Source of the DNA: a virus
Lineage: Duplodnaviria; Caudoviricetes
Length of the DNA stretch: 64,000 nucleotides
IMG/VR virus record: IMGVR_UViG_3300028591_000084
Strand: one strand, 5' to 3'
Positions 1 to 9,366 of the stretch are shown in pieces (within the stretch, counting starts at the first letter, position 1; each line of letters begins with the position of its first letter). Both the position numbers and the translations under genes were made by a program. The notes under the pieces were generated by a model, which had not been told where the DNA came from, did not search any database, and was given only the letters and a program-made list of their open reading frames with translations.

Positions 1-2
1 TT

Positions 3-668
3 AATTTTAATGGGTTTAATAATAATAGAGAGTTTAAAGTTGTTCCTATAAATGATCCTGATTGGAGTATTGAGTCCTTTAAATTTGATATGGACGACTA
101 TGATGAAGATGGTGTAAAATATCTGAAGGGGAGACATGCTTATTTAGGGGAACTTTATAAATTACTAGATTTTAAATTCTTAGATGGTAATGTGGTAGTG
201 CCATTCAAACATAATGGGGAAGTATTCTATTACCAGATTAGATTTAGTAATCCAGGCAATAAGATTAAGTATTTTATGCCTAGAATAGATCAAGGATGTA
301 AACCCCCATATATTATAGAAAGAGAAAATGAAGATGCAAGACATAGGATCTTAATAGTAGAAGGAATTTTTGATGCTATAGCTGCTCTTATTCAATGTCC
401 AGAATATACTCCTGTTGCCGTATTAGGTTCTAGTATAACACCATATCAAATGGAGTTTATTAGAAATTATAGTGGTTATATCAAAGAAGTTAGAATTTGG
501 ATGGATGAGACTCACATCTCTAAAGGAATAGCTAAAAGATTAAAAACACAGATAGATTATTGTCCTATAGAAATTATAAAGTCATACGGCCCTGATCCTG
601 AGGAAATTTTAAAGGATAGAATGGCTAAAGGATTACCTGTTCAGTGGATTTGGAGTAAGTATAAATAA
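3..668 (+). CDS. DNA primase, TOPRIM domain (5'-partial; frame open from window start)
   Basis: IVEGIFDAIA and VAVLGSS TOPRIM motifs; VVVPF..YYQIRF primase-like segment; adjacent to helicase and polymerase. Confidence 0.8.
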   Translation, partial: NFNGFNNNREFKVVPINDPDWSIESFKFDMDDYDEDGVKYLKGRHAYLGELYKLLDFKFLDGNVVVPFKHNGEVFYYQIRFSNPGNKIKYFMPRIDQGCKPPYIIERENEDARHRILIVEGIFDAIAALIQCPEYTPVAVLGSSITPYQMEFIRNYSGYIKEVRIWMDETHISKGIAKRLKTQIDYCPIEIIKSYGPDPEEILKDRMAKGLPVQWIWSKYK

Positions 669-674
669 GACGGT

Positions 675-2192
675 ATGTTAGAAATAAAGCACGATAAGAG
701 TATTAATCGACTTGTATTATTAACAGATGACCCTAGCGTTCACTTTTTTCTAGAGTCTAAACAATCTGAGTATGCCTATTGCGCATGGAAAAAACAGTAT
801 GATTGGGTTCACAAGATAATTAAGGTCTATGAACCAACCAAACATAGTATTACCGGTGGATATAGGTATGTTCTGGGAATAGGTTGGGCTGGATATCTTC
901 TTGGCGTATTTAAAGAATATATGAGTAAGGAAAACTACGATGATATTCTATATAATGTAGTTTTAGCAGATTCCTATAGAACAGCACCATTTCCAGAGCT
1001 TAGAGATTATCAAAATGATGATATTCTGTTTCTCTTAAAATATAGGGTAGGTCTGGTTACAGTTAATACCGGTTATGGAAAAACGCAAACCATAGCCACT
1101 TTAACAAACTATGCTTACCGAGTGTTAGGAAAGAAAGTACTCATTGTAACGCCTAATAATAAAGCGAAGGATGAGTTGATAAAGAGATGTAAGAATGTTT
1201 TTGGACTTGAAGTAAGTGACGGAAAAAATAAACTCCCCGATGGAGAGCTAGACTGTCTTATTACAGCAGGAGTTATGAATTCTGGTAGAATCAAGGATCC
1301 TGAAGAAAATGCTGAATTTCTTAAGATGTTAAGTGGCTATGAGTGGGTCTTAGCGGACGAAGTAGAATATACTATCAATAATGGTGGTAAGTATATATAT
1401 GATCATTGTACTGGGGCAGAAAGATTCTATGCTTTCTCTGGTACTGCTGATAAAACAGCTGGAGAAATAATATCCTTCGCCCAGGGACTTAGTGAGGTCG
1501 TATTAAGAAATAAAGACCTAATTAAGTATTTTGGTCCATCACTTGTTTATAGAATGCCTCTTAATATTAGTATAAGTAATATAAAAGTTAAAACAATGTC
1601 TCTGGACGATCTCCACCTTGATCGTGAAAAAATTGATGATAGTGGTAATCTTTATTCAGAGATTATGACACAAATTTGGAGTAATCCAGATGTTTGTAAT
1701 ACTTTAGTCAGAATTATAAGAAAGTATCCAAGATGCTTTATACCAATTAATAATTTGGTAAATATCTTATACTTCTGGATTGAAAATTACTTTATTGGGA
1801 GATTTAGAACTCTCTTGGTTTGCGGAGAAGGATATATCTACTATGACTTGACGGGACATACAACACACTTAACGCTTCAAGAGGCTTGTGATAAAATTGA
1901 GGCTGGAGAGGTTGATGTGATTCCAAGTACTAGTAGCGGATATAGAGCACTCGATTTTCCAGGATTAGAAAATATTTTCTTAGCTCAAGGTAAAGTGGCT
2001 GGTGTTACTCTCCAGACGATAGGACGTTGTGCTAGAGGGAAACATATGAATATAATATCATTAGAACCATTTAATACAAAAAAGAAAATCCCTGTCTACA
2101 CAAACGGATCTAAAAATCGAGAAGAGATGATTAAATCCTACTATAAATATTGTGAGATTGAGGATGTGATTATTGTAGAGGATGACTTATAA
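675..2192 (+). CDS. uvsW: SF2 DNA helicase, UvsW-like
   Basis: LRDYQ Q-motif, TGYGKT Walker A, DEVE, SGT, QTIGRCAR motif VI. Confidence 0.8.
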   Translation: MLEIKHDKSINRLVLLTDDPSVHFFLESKQSEYAYCAWKKQYDWVHKIIKVYEPTKHSITGGYRYVLGIGWAGYLLGVFKEYMSKENYDDILYNVVLADSYRTAPFPELRDYQNDDILFLLKYRVGLVTVNTGYGKTQTIATLTNYAYRVLGKKVLIVTPNNKAKDELIKRCKNVFGLEVSDGKNKLPDGELDCLITAGVMNSGRIKDPEENAEFLKMLSGYEWVLADEVEYTINNGGKYIYDHCTGAERFYAFSGTADKTAGEIISFAQGLSEVVLRNKDLIKYFGPSLVYRMPLNISISNIKVKTMSLDDLHLDREKIDDSGNLYSEIMTQIWSNPDVCNTLVRIIRKYPRCFIPINNLVNILYFWIENYFIGRFRTLLVCGEGYIYYDLTGHTTHLTLQEACDKIEAGEVDVIPSTSSGYRALDFPGLENIFLAQGKVAGVTLQTIGRCARGKHMNIISLEPFNTKKKIPVYTNGSKNREEMIKSYYKYCEIEDVIIVEDDL

Positions 2193-2224
2193 GGTAGGGA
2201 ACTAATCCTTACCTTTATTTTTTT
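2191..2224 (+). terminator. Repeated intrinsic terminator AAGGTAGGGA-AYTAA-TCCTTACCTT + T tract; near-identical copies at 47666-47700 and 59071-59104
   Basis: Hairpin plus T run directly after plus-strand stop codons; three copies seen. Confidence 0.8.
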
Positions 2225-2251
2225 GGAGAAAATAAAAAAAAAGAGGCTCTG

Positions 2252-2707
2252 TCACCTAGCCTCTAATTGTAGTAGTCTGTTAGTTAGATATTGTCCTAGA
2301 AGGAACAGTACATCAAGCTCTGAATCCTGGCACCTTAGATCCGAGAATATAACATCAGTGTTAGTTGTCATTGTATTTTCATAAATACTTATCTCATCTT
2401 TGAAATACTCTTTTATCTCTTCTAACACCTGGTCTTCAGTATTACCATCGTCACTAAGATCCCAGCCGAACTTTCGCCCCACTAGAAACTCAAAGACCCT
2501 ATAGCAGCAAGCTTTAAGTCTATTTTTTGTTACTCTTCTAACAAACTTGTTCTCGCACTTAGTGATTCGATATGCATTAACAGCTGCGTAATAATCACAT
2601 AGTGCCTCTGTTTTAGTTTCGATATCATCATAGATATCCTTAACTCTGACTCTGGTGCCTACTAAACAATAGGCCCAAGAGATCAATATAATATAAAATT
2701 TATTCAT
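2252..2707 (-). CDS. hypothetical protein
   Basis: 151 aa ORF directly preceded by promoter-like motif AAATCCTTATTGGTGAT-ATG. Confidence 0.7.
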   Translation of the reverse strand: MNKFYIILISWAYCLVGTRVRVKDIYDDIETKTEALCDYYAAVNAYRITKCENKFVRRVTKNRLKACCYRVFEFLVGRKFGWDLSDDGNTEDQVLEEIKEYFKDEISIYENTMTTNTDVIFSDLRCQDSELDVLFLLGQYLTNRLLQLEAR

Positions 2708-2793
2708 ATCACCAATAAGGATTTGAAGTGTTTATTTAGTCATATTTTCACCCTGCACTTCCTTATAGTTGAATATAAATTTCAAAAATATAT

Positions 2794-5700
2794 ATGAAGA
2801 GAGTTTTGTTATTGGATCGAGATGAGGTTAAGGACTTTGCGAGATACGTGATGAAATATAGTGCATTGTCCGTCCAAGATCTCGAATTTATGTTGGAGGA
2901 CGACCCAGTTAAATTCAAATCTATTATGTCTTTTGGCCCAGGTGATGCTATTATGTTGTGGGGCTCTAAAGCTTTTACATTCATAAAGCAATATTATCAC
3001 CTAGGTATTAGATCAGAGAATTACTGGGATTGTGCTAAATTACGAAGAGTCAGTATGGAGGGAGGAGCTTATGCGAAAGTTATTGTCGAACCTCCTACTG
3101 ATGAAGAATTGAGAGACTTTGGTAGTAGGTCTTTCACTACTAAGGTCGAATTTAACGGATTAAATGCTGGTATAATTAGTACTTATGGAGAGGCGATTGA
3201 ATTCTTGAAATTTCTTCAAGCTCAGCCGTTGAGTGATTACTTCGGCTTTGACTATGAAGGATCAGGTTTTCCTATGGATCGCTGGTATGAATTGAGTGGT
3301 TTTTCTCTATCAACAGAATCTATAGTACGTTTTATATCTTTAACTGATATTCGTCATGAATTGGGAGGAAGTGACAATGAGTCTTATCGAACGCTTCTTG
3401 CAGTTCTTGGTCAATTCTTAGTGGATCGTCAAGACCATATTGTTGTATATAATATGCAGTACGAATGGCAAGCAAGTCATCGTATGTTAGGCGTAGATTT
3501 ATACAACTTAGTAGATGCTAGTGTAGTTAATGTTCTTGATGGTTTTCATGAGAAAAAATATAGTTTAAAGTGGACGGGTCAACGAGTTCTTAGTGTTGAT
3601 GTTTGGGATGCCGAATTTGATAGAATTTCAGACCTAGTAGACCAAATGCTATTCACGGAAGAAGGAAAATTGAAGAAAGATAAACGTAAAGTTCTTCGCG
3701 TAGATCCCGGAAATTTTGAAGCTACTGAAGAGTGGGGTATATTGTGTAGTAGGTACCCAGATTATATAGATGAATTCAGATCTTTGATTTTAGAATATTG
3801 GGGTAATCCTTTTATGTGTATCCCAAGTAAAATTCTAGGCTATTACTGTAATTTGGATGCATTTTATACTCTCCAAATATTCCTAACCAAGAAGAAGGAA
3901 TATAGCGATGAGTGTATTAACGTATTTTTAGATAATATACGTCTTGGTTGTCGTCTTATGTCTAGCGGCTTGTATATAGACGAGCCTTTTAGAGCTAAAT
4001 ACGATCATTATTGTAGACAGATGATGGCCTGGGGAATAACCTATTGTGCTATGGCTAGATGCTGGATCAAGATGGAAAAGCATAAGGTTAATGCCAATAA
4101 TATAAAACGGTATAATCCCACGGCTCAGAAATTATTAAGAGAGAATCAATTTTATCAAGGAAATGCGGTAGAGATCGTTAAAAACTTGATGGCTAGATTC
4201 ATAGATCAGAACGATACGACAGAAACAGGCTTGGATGAAGGAAGGCTAATGATGACTTACGGTCCAAAATTTGCCGAAAAGTTTGTTGAAATCGTAAAGG
4301 AGTCTATGATTGAGGTTAAGATGAAGGGGAAGATAGATTCCGGTATAGTGAGAAAAAAGAAGATACTAAATATTATAGCGGAAAAATCTATTCACCTTCT
4401 CGGCCTTGATGCTGTGAAATTAGGAAATAAGCATATTGAGTTAGAGAAGTATATTTATTATGAGACAGCTTTTAATGAACTATCAAAAGTAGCCTATAAA
4501 CAGCTGACAGATATTAATAATATACCTGACAAACTCTACTTCTTTGGTAAATATTGGGATCTCTTAGAGTATTCTGATTATGTATCTGATAATTACTTTA
4601 AATGTAAGAGTCCGTTAGAAAATGACGAAATAATTTATGATATGACAATGTTATTTCGCTCACAAACAGCCTTCTTAGGGGCTCTGTCAGAAAGTACTCA
4701 ACAGCTCCCGAATACAGATAAATTTTATAGTAAGAGGGAGATAACGGATATAAATGAGGCATTTCAGGAATTTATGTGTGCCTGGGAGTTAAATTATAAG
4801 ACAGGGGAGAGAGATTCTTTATATCCTCAAAAAATGTTTACCTTGGCCTTAGAATTTTTCCAATGTCCAAAAAAGACAAAGGATCCTAAGAAAAGTACAG
4901 AAGAAAAGACTGAGTATATTTATGGAACAGCAGATAAAGTCAAAGAAATATGGACTGATTTTGTAGGTTTTAATGCTCAAACAACATATTTTCCTGCCTA
5001 TAAAGATCAATTTATAGAGTATTCAAAGCCCTTTAGACCAGAAACAGAAGCTGATGATGTATTCTTCTTTATGAGGAAATTTACCATCAACTATCTCCTC
5101 TATAAGAAATATGCTAAGATGTATTCAACTTATGTAGGACCAGATGGAATGTTTAAGAAGAATAATAAGTATGTTATTGTAGACGAGCATCACTTACCGA
5201 TAAAAGAAGTAGATCCAGAAGAACCGGGAGCAGTTGAGCTTTGTTTAGTTCGATATGAGGTACTTTCAAAAAGTAGTAAGAGATGGTCTAGTGCCTTTCA
5301 TACTATTATATCTCATAGTGACTGTAAAAATGTTCTATGTCCACCGCCAACGAGAGATGAGAATGGAAATATAGTATATGGAGGAAGCGATCAGATGCTA
5401 ACGTATTTTGACATTAGCAGCGCAGAGGTTAAATTTAGCCGTCACCTATAGTAATGTAGGTGAGCATAAACGGGCAAATAACGGTGGAATCTGTGATGAT
5501 AATACCGTGCTAACTCACCTGAATTGCGAAAGGTTAGGTGAGTAGTGTAGAGCATAGGAAGTGAATAAATATAATCTTCCCACGAGTGTCCGTCATCCTT
5601 CTGGATGAAAATATATGCCGAACTGTAGAGAAAGAGAATCTACAGAACTACTAGATAAAAAGCTAGTAGGTTAACAGAATTGTAAGGCTGCTGGCTTCTC

Positions 5701-6634
5701 GTCCCTTGACAGAGGCCTTATTTCTAAATTCAGTGCTGGCGAAGATATATACATATACAGTACAAAGCTTTATCTTGGTGAAGAAGGTTGGAATTCGCTA
5801 AGTAAAGAACAGCAGAAGGCTTGGCGTAAGAAATTCAAAACAGTCTTCCTAGGTGTCTTATACGGCTTAGGTAAAAACTCACTAGCAGAACGTTTGGAAT
5901 GTAGTTTAGAGGAAGCTGAAAGAATTATTCAATCACTCTACACATCATTCCCAGGCCTAAGAGAGTATGTGGATAAACAAGGTCAATATCCTCTTGATCA
6001 TGACGGTTACATCAACACATTTTTAGGTGATAAGCTAAGATTAAGAGAATTTTATGATTATCTCCCCAAGGCTACTAGTGATTACGAAAGGAAGAATATA
6101 ATTGCTAGAATTAAACGCCTAGGAGTTAATCTTCCAATTCAAGGTGGAACAAGTAGTATTATGGCTTGTGGATTCTTCAACAATATTAGGCAATCAATAA
6201 AAGAAGGCTGGGATCAACCTCTTCAACCTATTATTGTAGTGCATGATTCAAATACTAATTACATCCCAGTTGAAAAGATCTTTGACATCAGACATTTTTA
6301 CGATGTAAATTATACTGATTTCTGTGCTAGTTTTGGTCCTAGAATCAAGCTACTATTTGATTTATTGGCGGGCTATTCTTATGAGTCAGCTAAGGAGATG
6401 AAAACTAGAAACAATGAAATTGAATTTACTGGGGATGCCACGAGTTTAATGATGATTAGGAATAAAATAATGTCCTGTCCAAAATTAAACGTTGAATGTA
6501 GTATGTCTGTTGAAGAACTAATTGCATCTCGTCAAATAATCACGGATCCTATCGATAGATTTATTAAGGAAAATGGTTGTTGTATGGACAAAGATGTAAG
6601 TAAAGTAACTATCAAATTCAGAAAGCTTAACTAA
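2794..6634 (+). CDS. polA: DNA polymerase family A, spliced (exons 2794-5429 and 5683-6634; about 1195 aa)
   Basis: 3'-5' exonuclease motifs FDYEG, YNMQYE, YCNLDA; motif A DISSAEV-KAAG restored by splicing; motif B RKKFKTVFLGVLYG; NLPIQG; motif C VVHDS. Confidence 0.92.
5430..5682 (+). mobile_element. Group I intron without ORF in polA motif A (253 nt)
   Basis: P1 GGUUA/UAGCC with U5429-G wobble; terminal G5682; P7-like GCAUA/UAUGC; removal restores GAG GTT AAG in frame with the 5894 ORF. Confidence 0.92.
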
Positions 6635-6728
6635 AAAAAATTAGAACTTACCATTATCGTTTCGTGTAATGGCAGGTTCTTTTTTTTTTATTCGGAGTAA
6701 AAAAGAAAAAGAGGATCTTAGTCCTCTC

Positions 6729-7322
6729 TTACCAAACAATACCTTCAGAAATCATTAAGAAATCTGAAAGTAGATCCAAACTTTTCTGTCCTACTCCTTT
6801 CTTTCTAGCAAAAAGGGCGCTAGAAGGATATTTAATTAGAAATTCTTGAATTGTAAAATTTTTACTTGCACTACCCCAATAAGACATTGCGGAAATCAAG
6901 CAGTTTCTTAACCTTCCTACTCCCCTTTGATCACCATAGAGTAGATTAATTTTATAGATCATTGAGTCGGGCCTTAGTTTTTCTACTACCTGTTGTTTAC
7001 CGACTCTTTCTCTAATATCCAGTCTCTTAAGTCCATCAGCCATTCTCAAAAGTCTGGCAATTCCGTAGGACAATCTAAAATTCTCTTTTTCTTCTAATAA
7101 TGGTGGTCTATGATTTATAAATCCCGGCACCTCGTCTGCCGCAAAATTAAGAGAAAGGACATAAGTATAAGTTCCTCCTCCATCTAAAGTAACATAAGTT
7201 CTGCCTTGATCCTTAAGTTCTACTATTCTCTTTTCCACATAATAGTAGGCCTCGTTAACTAATTCTTGAAGTTCGAGCGGTTTGAACCTTAATTTCTCAC
7301 CCTCCACTATAAACAGTTTCAT
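6729..7322 (-). CDS. protein with C-terminal RNA polymerase alpha-CTD-like domain
   Basis: GRLRNCL...TIQEFL...KGVGQKSLDLL resembles alpha-CTD VRSANCL...TIGDL...NLGKKSLTEI. Confidence 0.6.
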   Translation of the reverse strand: MKLFIVEGEKLRFKPLELQELVNEAYYYVEKRIVELKDQGRTYVTLDGGGTYTYVLSLNFAADEVPGFINHRPPLLEEKENFRLSYGIARLLRMADGLKRLDIRERVGKQQVVEKLRPDSMIYKINLLYGDQRGVGRLRNCLISAMSYWGSASKNFTIQEFLIKYPSSALFARKKGVGQKSLDLLSDFLMISEGIVW

Positions 7323-7800
7323 CTATTACTAAATTATCTAAATTAAATAAAAGTAGACATTCACAATCCCAAGTACAGAATAATTCATGTTCTTCTGATT
7401 CCCAGGGCCTTAATTCTTGCTGACTAAGAATATAGGCTTCTTCTGTCAACCAAATACCATCATAATCTTGAGCTAGTTTTTCAAAGTTTATTGTCTTATA
7501 CTTTCTATCAAGCCAAATTTGATCAGGCGTCGGAAGAAGTATCTCTGTATATTGTTCTACATCTTTTGCTGTTTTAATTTTTAGAAGATTTTTAGGTTTA
7601 CTAAAATGGAACTTAGTAAAAGTCCCTAAGCTCTCTCTTCTAAAATCCTCTAACTCACAGAAATATTTCCAATCAAACCTTACATTATCAACCGGACAAC
7701 ACCAAAGACCACCTCTGGGCTTATTACTAATAGCTAGTTCATTTTTTATTAATCTAAACTTATTCTTATCAATAATATGTCCGTAAGTTATTAAATTCAT
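7297..7800 (-). CDS. conserved phage hypothetical protein (paralogue of 41891-42382)
   Basis: Shared NKPxGGLW, W..CE.E, YD(G/A)(I/V) and WDCECLL motifs. Confidence 0.75.
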   Translation of the reverse strand: MNLITYGHIIDKNKFRLIKNELAISNKPRGGLWCCPVDNVRFDWKYFCELEDFRRESLGTFTKFHFSKPKNLLKIKTAKDVEQYTEILLPTPDQIWLDRKYKTINFEKLAQDYDGIWLTEEAYILSQQELRPWESEEHELFCTWDCECLLLFNLDNLVIDETVYSGG

Positions 7801-7846
7801 TTCATAATTTAGGCATTGGAGGGGGCACTAAATCCTTACTATTGAT

Positions 7847-8221
7847 ATGAATAGTATTTTTGAAAGTACAGCGACTATTTTTTCGCTTATTAAGAAACCT
7901 GGAGTAGATAGTTATGAATTCTATTTCTTAGGTATGACAGAAGACAATAATAATGTCTTTTGGACTAGTGATTTGAACTTAGGTAAGAGGTTTCCAATTG
8001 GTGATGCTGAAAGTAATGACTTCTTTGCCGAAACTTTTTTGAAGGTTACTGATCCTGAATCTCCTATATATCAGGACCTAATAAAAAGGATCGAACCCCC
8101 TTATCGAGAGGATGCTGAAATCTATGTCGGTAAATTTAGATTACACCTTGATGTTCTTCCCGGCACTGTAGTTAGGAAGATAAAGAAAGGAAAACCTATC
8201 GACGTTGATCTCAAGAATTGA
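7847..8221 (+). CDS. hypothetical protein
   Basis: ORF with AAATCCTTACTATTGAT-ATG motif. Confidence 0.7.
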   Translation: MNSIFESTATIFSLIKKPGVDSYEFYFLGMTEDNNNVFWTSDLNLGKRFPIGDAESNDFFAETFLKVTDPESPIYQDLIKRIEPPYREDAEIYVGKFRLHLDVLPGTVVRKIKKGKPIDVDLKN

Positions 8222-8732
8222 GTGGTATTTGAGATCCCCCCCAATTCTTTAATAATGTAATAAGAAGATTATGCAAAAAAGATTCCTGTTATTAAACTGG
8301 AATTTCGGTTAGATTGTTTCCTCAGGGATAACATTACTAACCGGCATAATACTCTTATTAACCTGGAATTTATATTAGAGACACAATACAAATATTTACA
8401 GATAGATCTTCCTTCCCAAGTAGAAATATTTGGGAGATACTTAAGCTTTACGCGCAATAAATACGAGGACGGCTTAAGTATGAAGAACTATCTTTTGCTT
8501 ATAAAACATAAAAAGTAGTTTGGTAGGTCAATTAGATCTATTTAAACGAAACCACAGGCTGGTTAGGACCGTTATAAGTTCTGTAAAATGTTAGGCCTGG
8601 CATAATATTACTATTCTTATTTATATTTATTCGACCTAACATAACCAGTATAAAATAAGTATTAATCTACTAACTATCGCTGCATAGTGGTAGTTTTTCT
8701 TTTTTTTTATTTTATACCAAACAAATCATCTC

Positions 8733-8823
8733 AATTCCTTAATAATAGATAGTGCTAGCTAGTTATTTTAGTTATTTGAATATTTGGGAGGGAAATTGCT
8801 TGTGATAAGTAGTTTCCCTTTTT
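8733..8823 (+). ncRNA. candidate sRNA cassette A (promoter motif, U-rich segment, GUGAU-loop terminator)
   Basis: AATTCCTTAATAATAG, then about 40 nt without ORF, then AGGGAAATTGCTT-GTGAT-AAGTAGTTTCCCT and T run. Confidence 0.55.
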
Positions 8824-8846
8824 ACTTTGAAAATGAAATCCCTATC

Positions 8847-8929
8847 AAATCCTTACTAGTGAAGTAAATTTTTCGGTTGCTATTTCAAAAGGTAGTGGTC
8901 TGTGAAGATCGCTACTTTTCATTTTTTTT
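8847..8929 (+). ncRNA. candidate sRNA cassette B
   Basis: AAATCCTTACTAGTG, then about 25 nt, then GTAGTGGTCT-GTGA-AGATCGCTAC and T run. Confidence 0.55.
8892..8919 (+). repeat. 28-bp dispersed hairpin repeat GTAGTGGTCTGTGAAGATCGCTACTTTT; identical copies at 12411-12438 (-), 20939-20966 (+), 43714-43741 (+)
   Basis: Four exact copies read from the sequence; GUGA tetraloop terminator architecture. Confidence 0.9.
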
Positions 8930-8938
8930 ATTCCCCTC

Positions 8939-9027
8939 GAATCTTTATTAATATATATTAGTGGTTTTATTATTATAATTTCGTTAGAAGAGACCGTTCG
9001 TGATGAATAGTCTCTTTTTTCTTTTTT
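8939..9027 (+). ncRNA. candidate sRNA cassette C
   Basis: GAATCTTTATTAATA, then about 35 nt, then AGAGACCGTTC-GTGAT-GAATAGTCTCT and T run. Confidence 0.55.
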
Positions 9028-9141
9028 CAACCCGTTAAATCTTTAATATTGATATGAGTAATAAAACATATATTATAAGTAAGATTTGTATTGGTAATAT
9101 AATGCTCGGATTCAGGAGGTCCGGGCTATAATAAAAATAGT

Positions 9142-9366
9142 ATGGAAGAGATCAAGAAAGGATTGATTGTTGAATTTAAAGATAAGAGTCCTAATCCAAA
9201 AACAGGATTAAGTCACGAAAATGCTTATCAAGTTATCGGTACTTGCTTCATGAAAGATCCTACTAGTAGAGAGTGGTTACCGGCCGTAATCTATAAAGGG
9301 GGTGATGAAGTTTATGTTAGAGAACTTAATGAATTCATTGAAAAATTTCAAATTAGAACATCATGA
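9142..9366 (+). CDS. DUF1653-like small protein
   Basis: Y.VIG...VIY...VYVRELNEFIEKF pattern. Confidence 0.6.
   Translation: MEEIKKGLIVEFKDKSPNPKTGLSHENAYQVIGTCFMKDPTSREWLPAVIYKGGDEVYVRELNEFIEKFQIRTS

Noticed and set aside
5452-5893. polA, nrdD and gyrB as frameshifted pseudogenes
   Set aside because: Group I intron boundaries restore the frame and conserved motifs exactly
8733-9027. CRISPR array or TIGR / box C-D guide array
   Set aside because: The hairpins differ between adjacent units, each unit has its own promoter and T tract, GTGATGA is explained as stem plus loop, and no cas or Nop-domain gene is visible in the window
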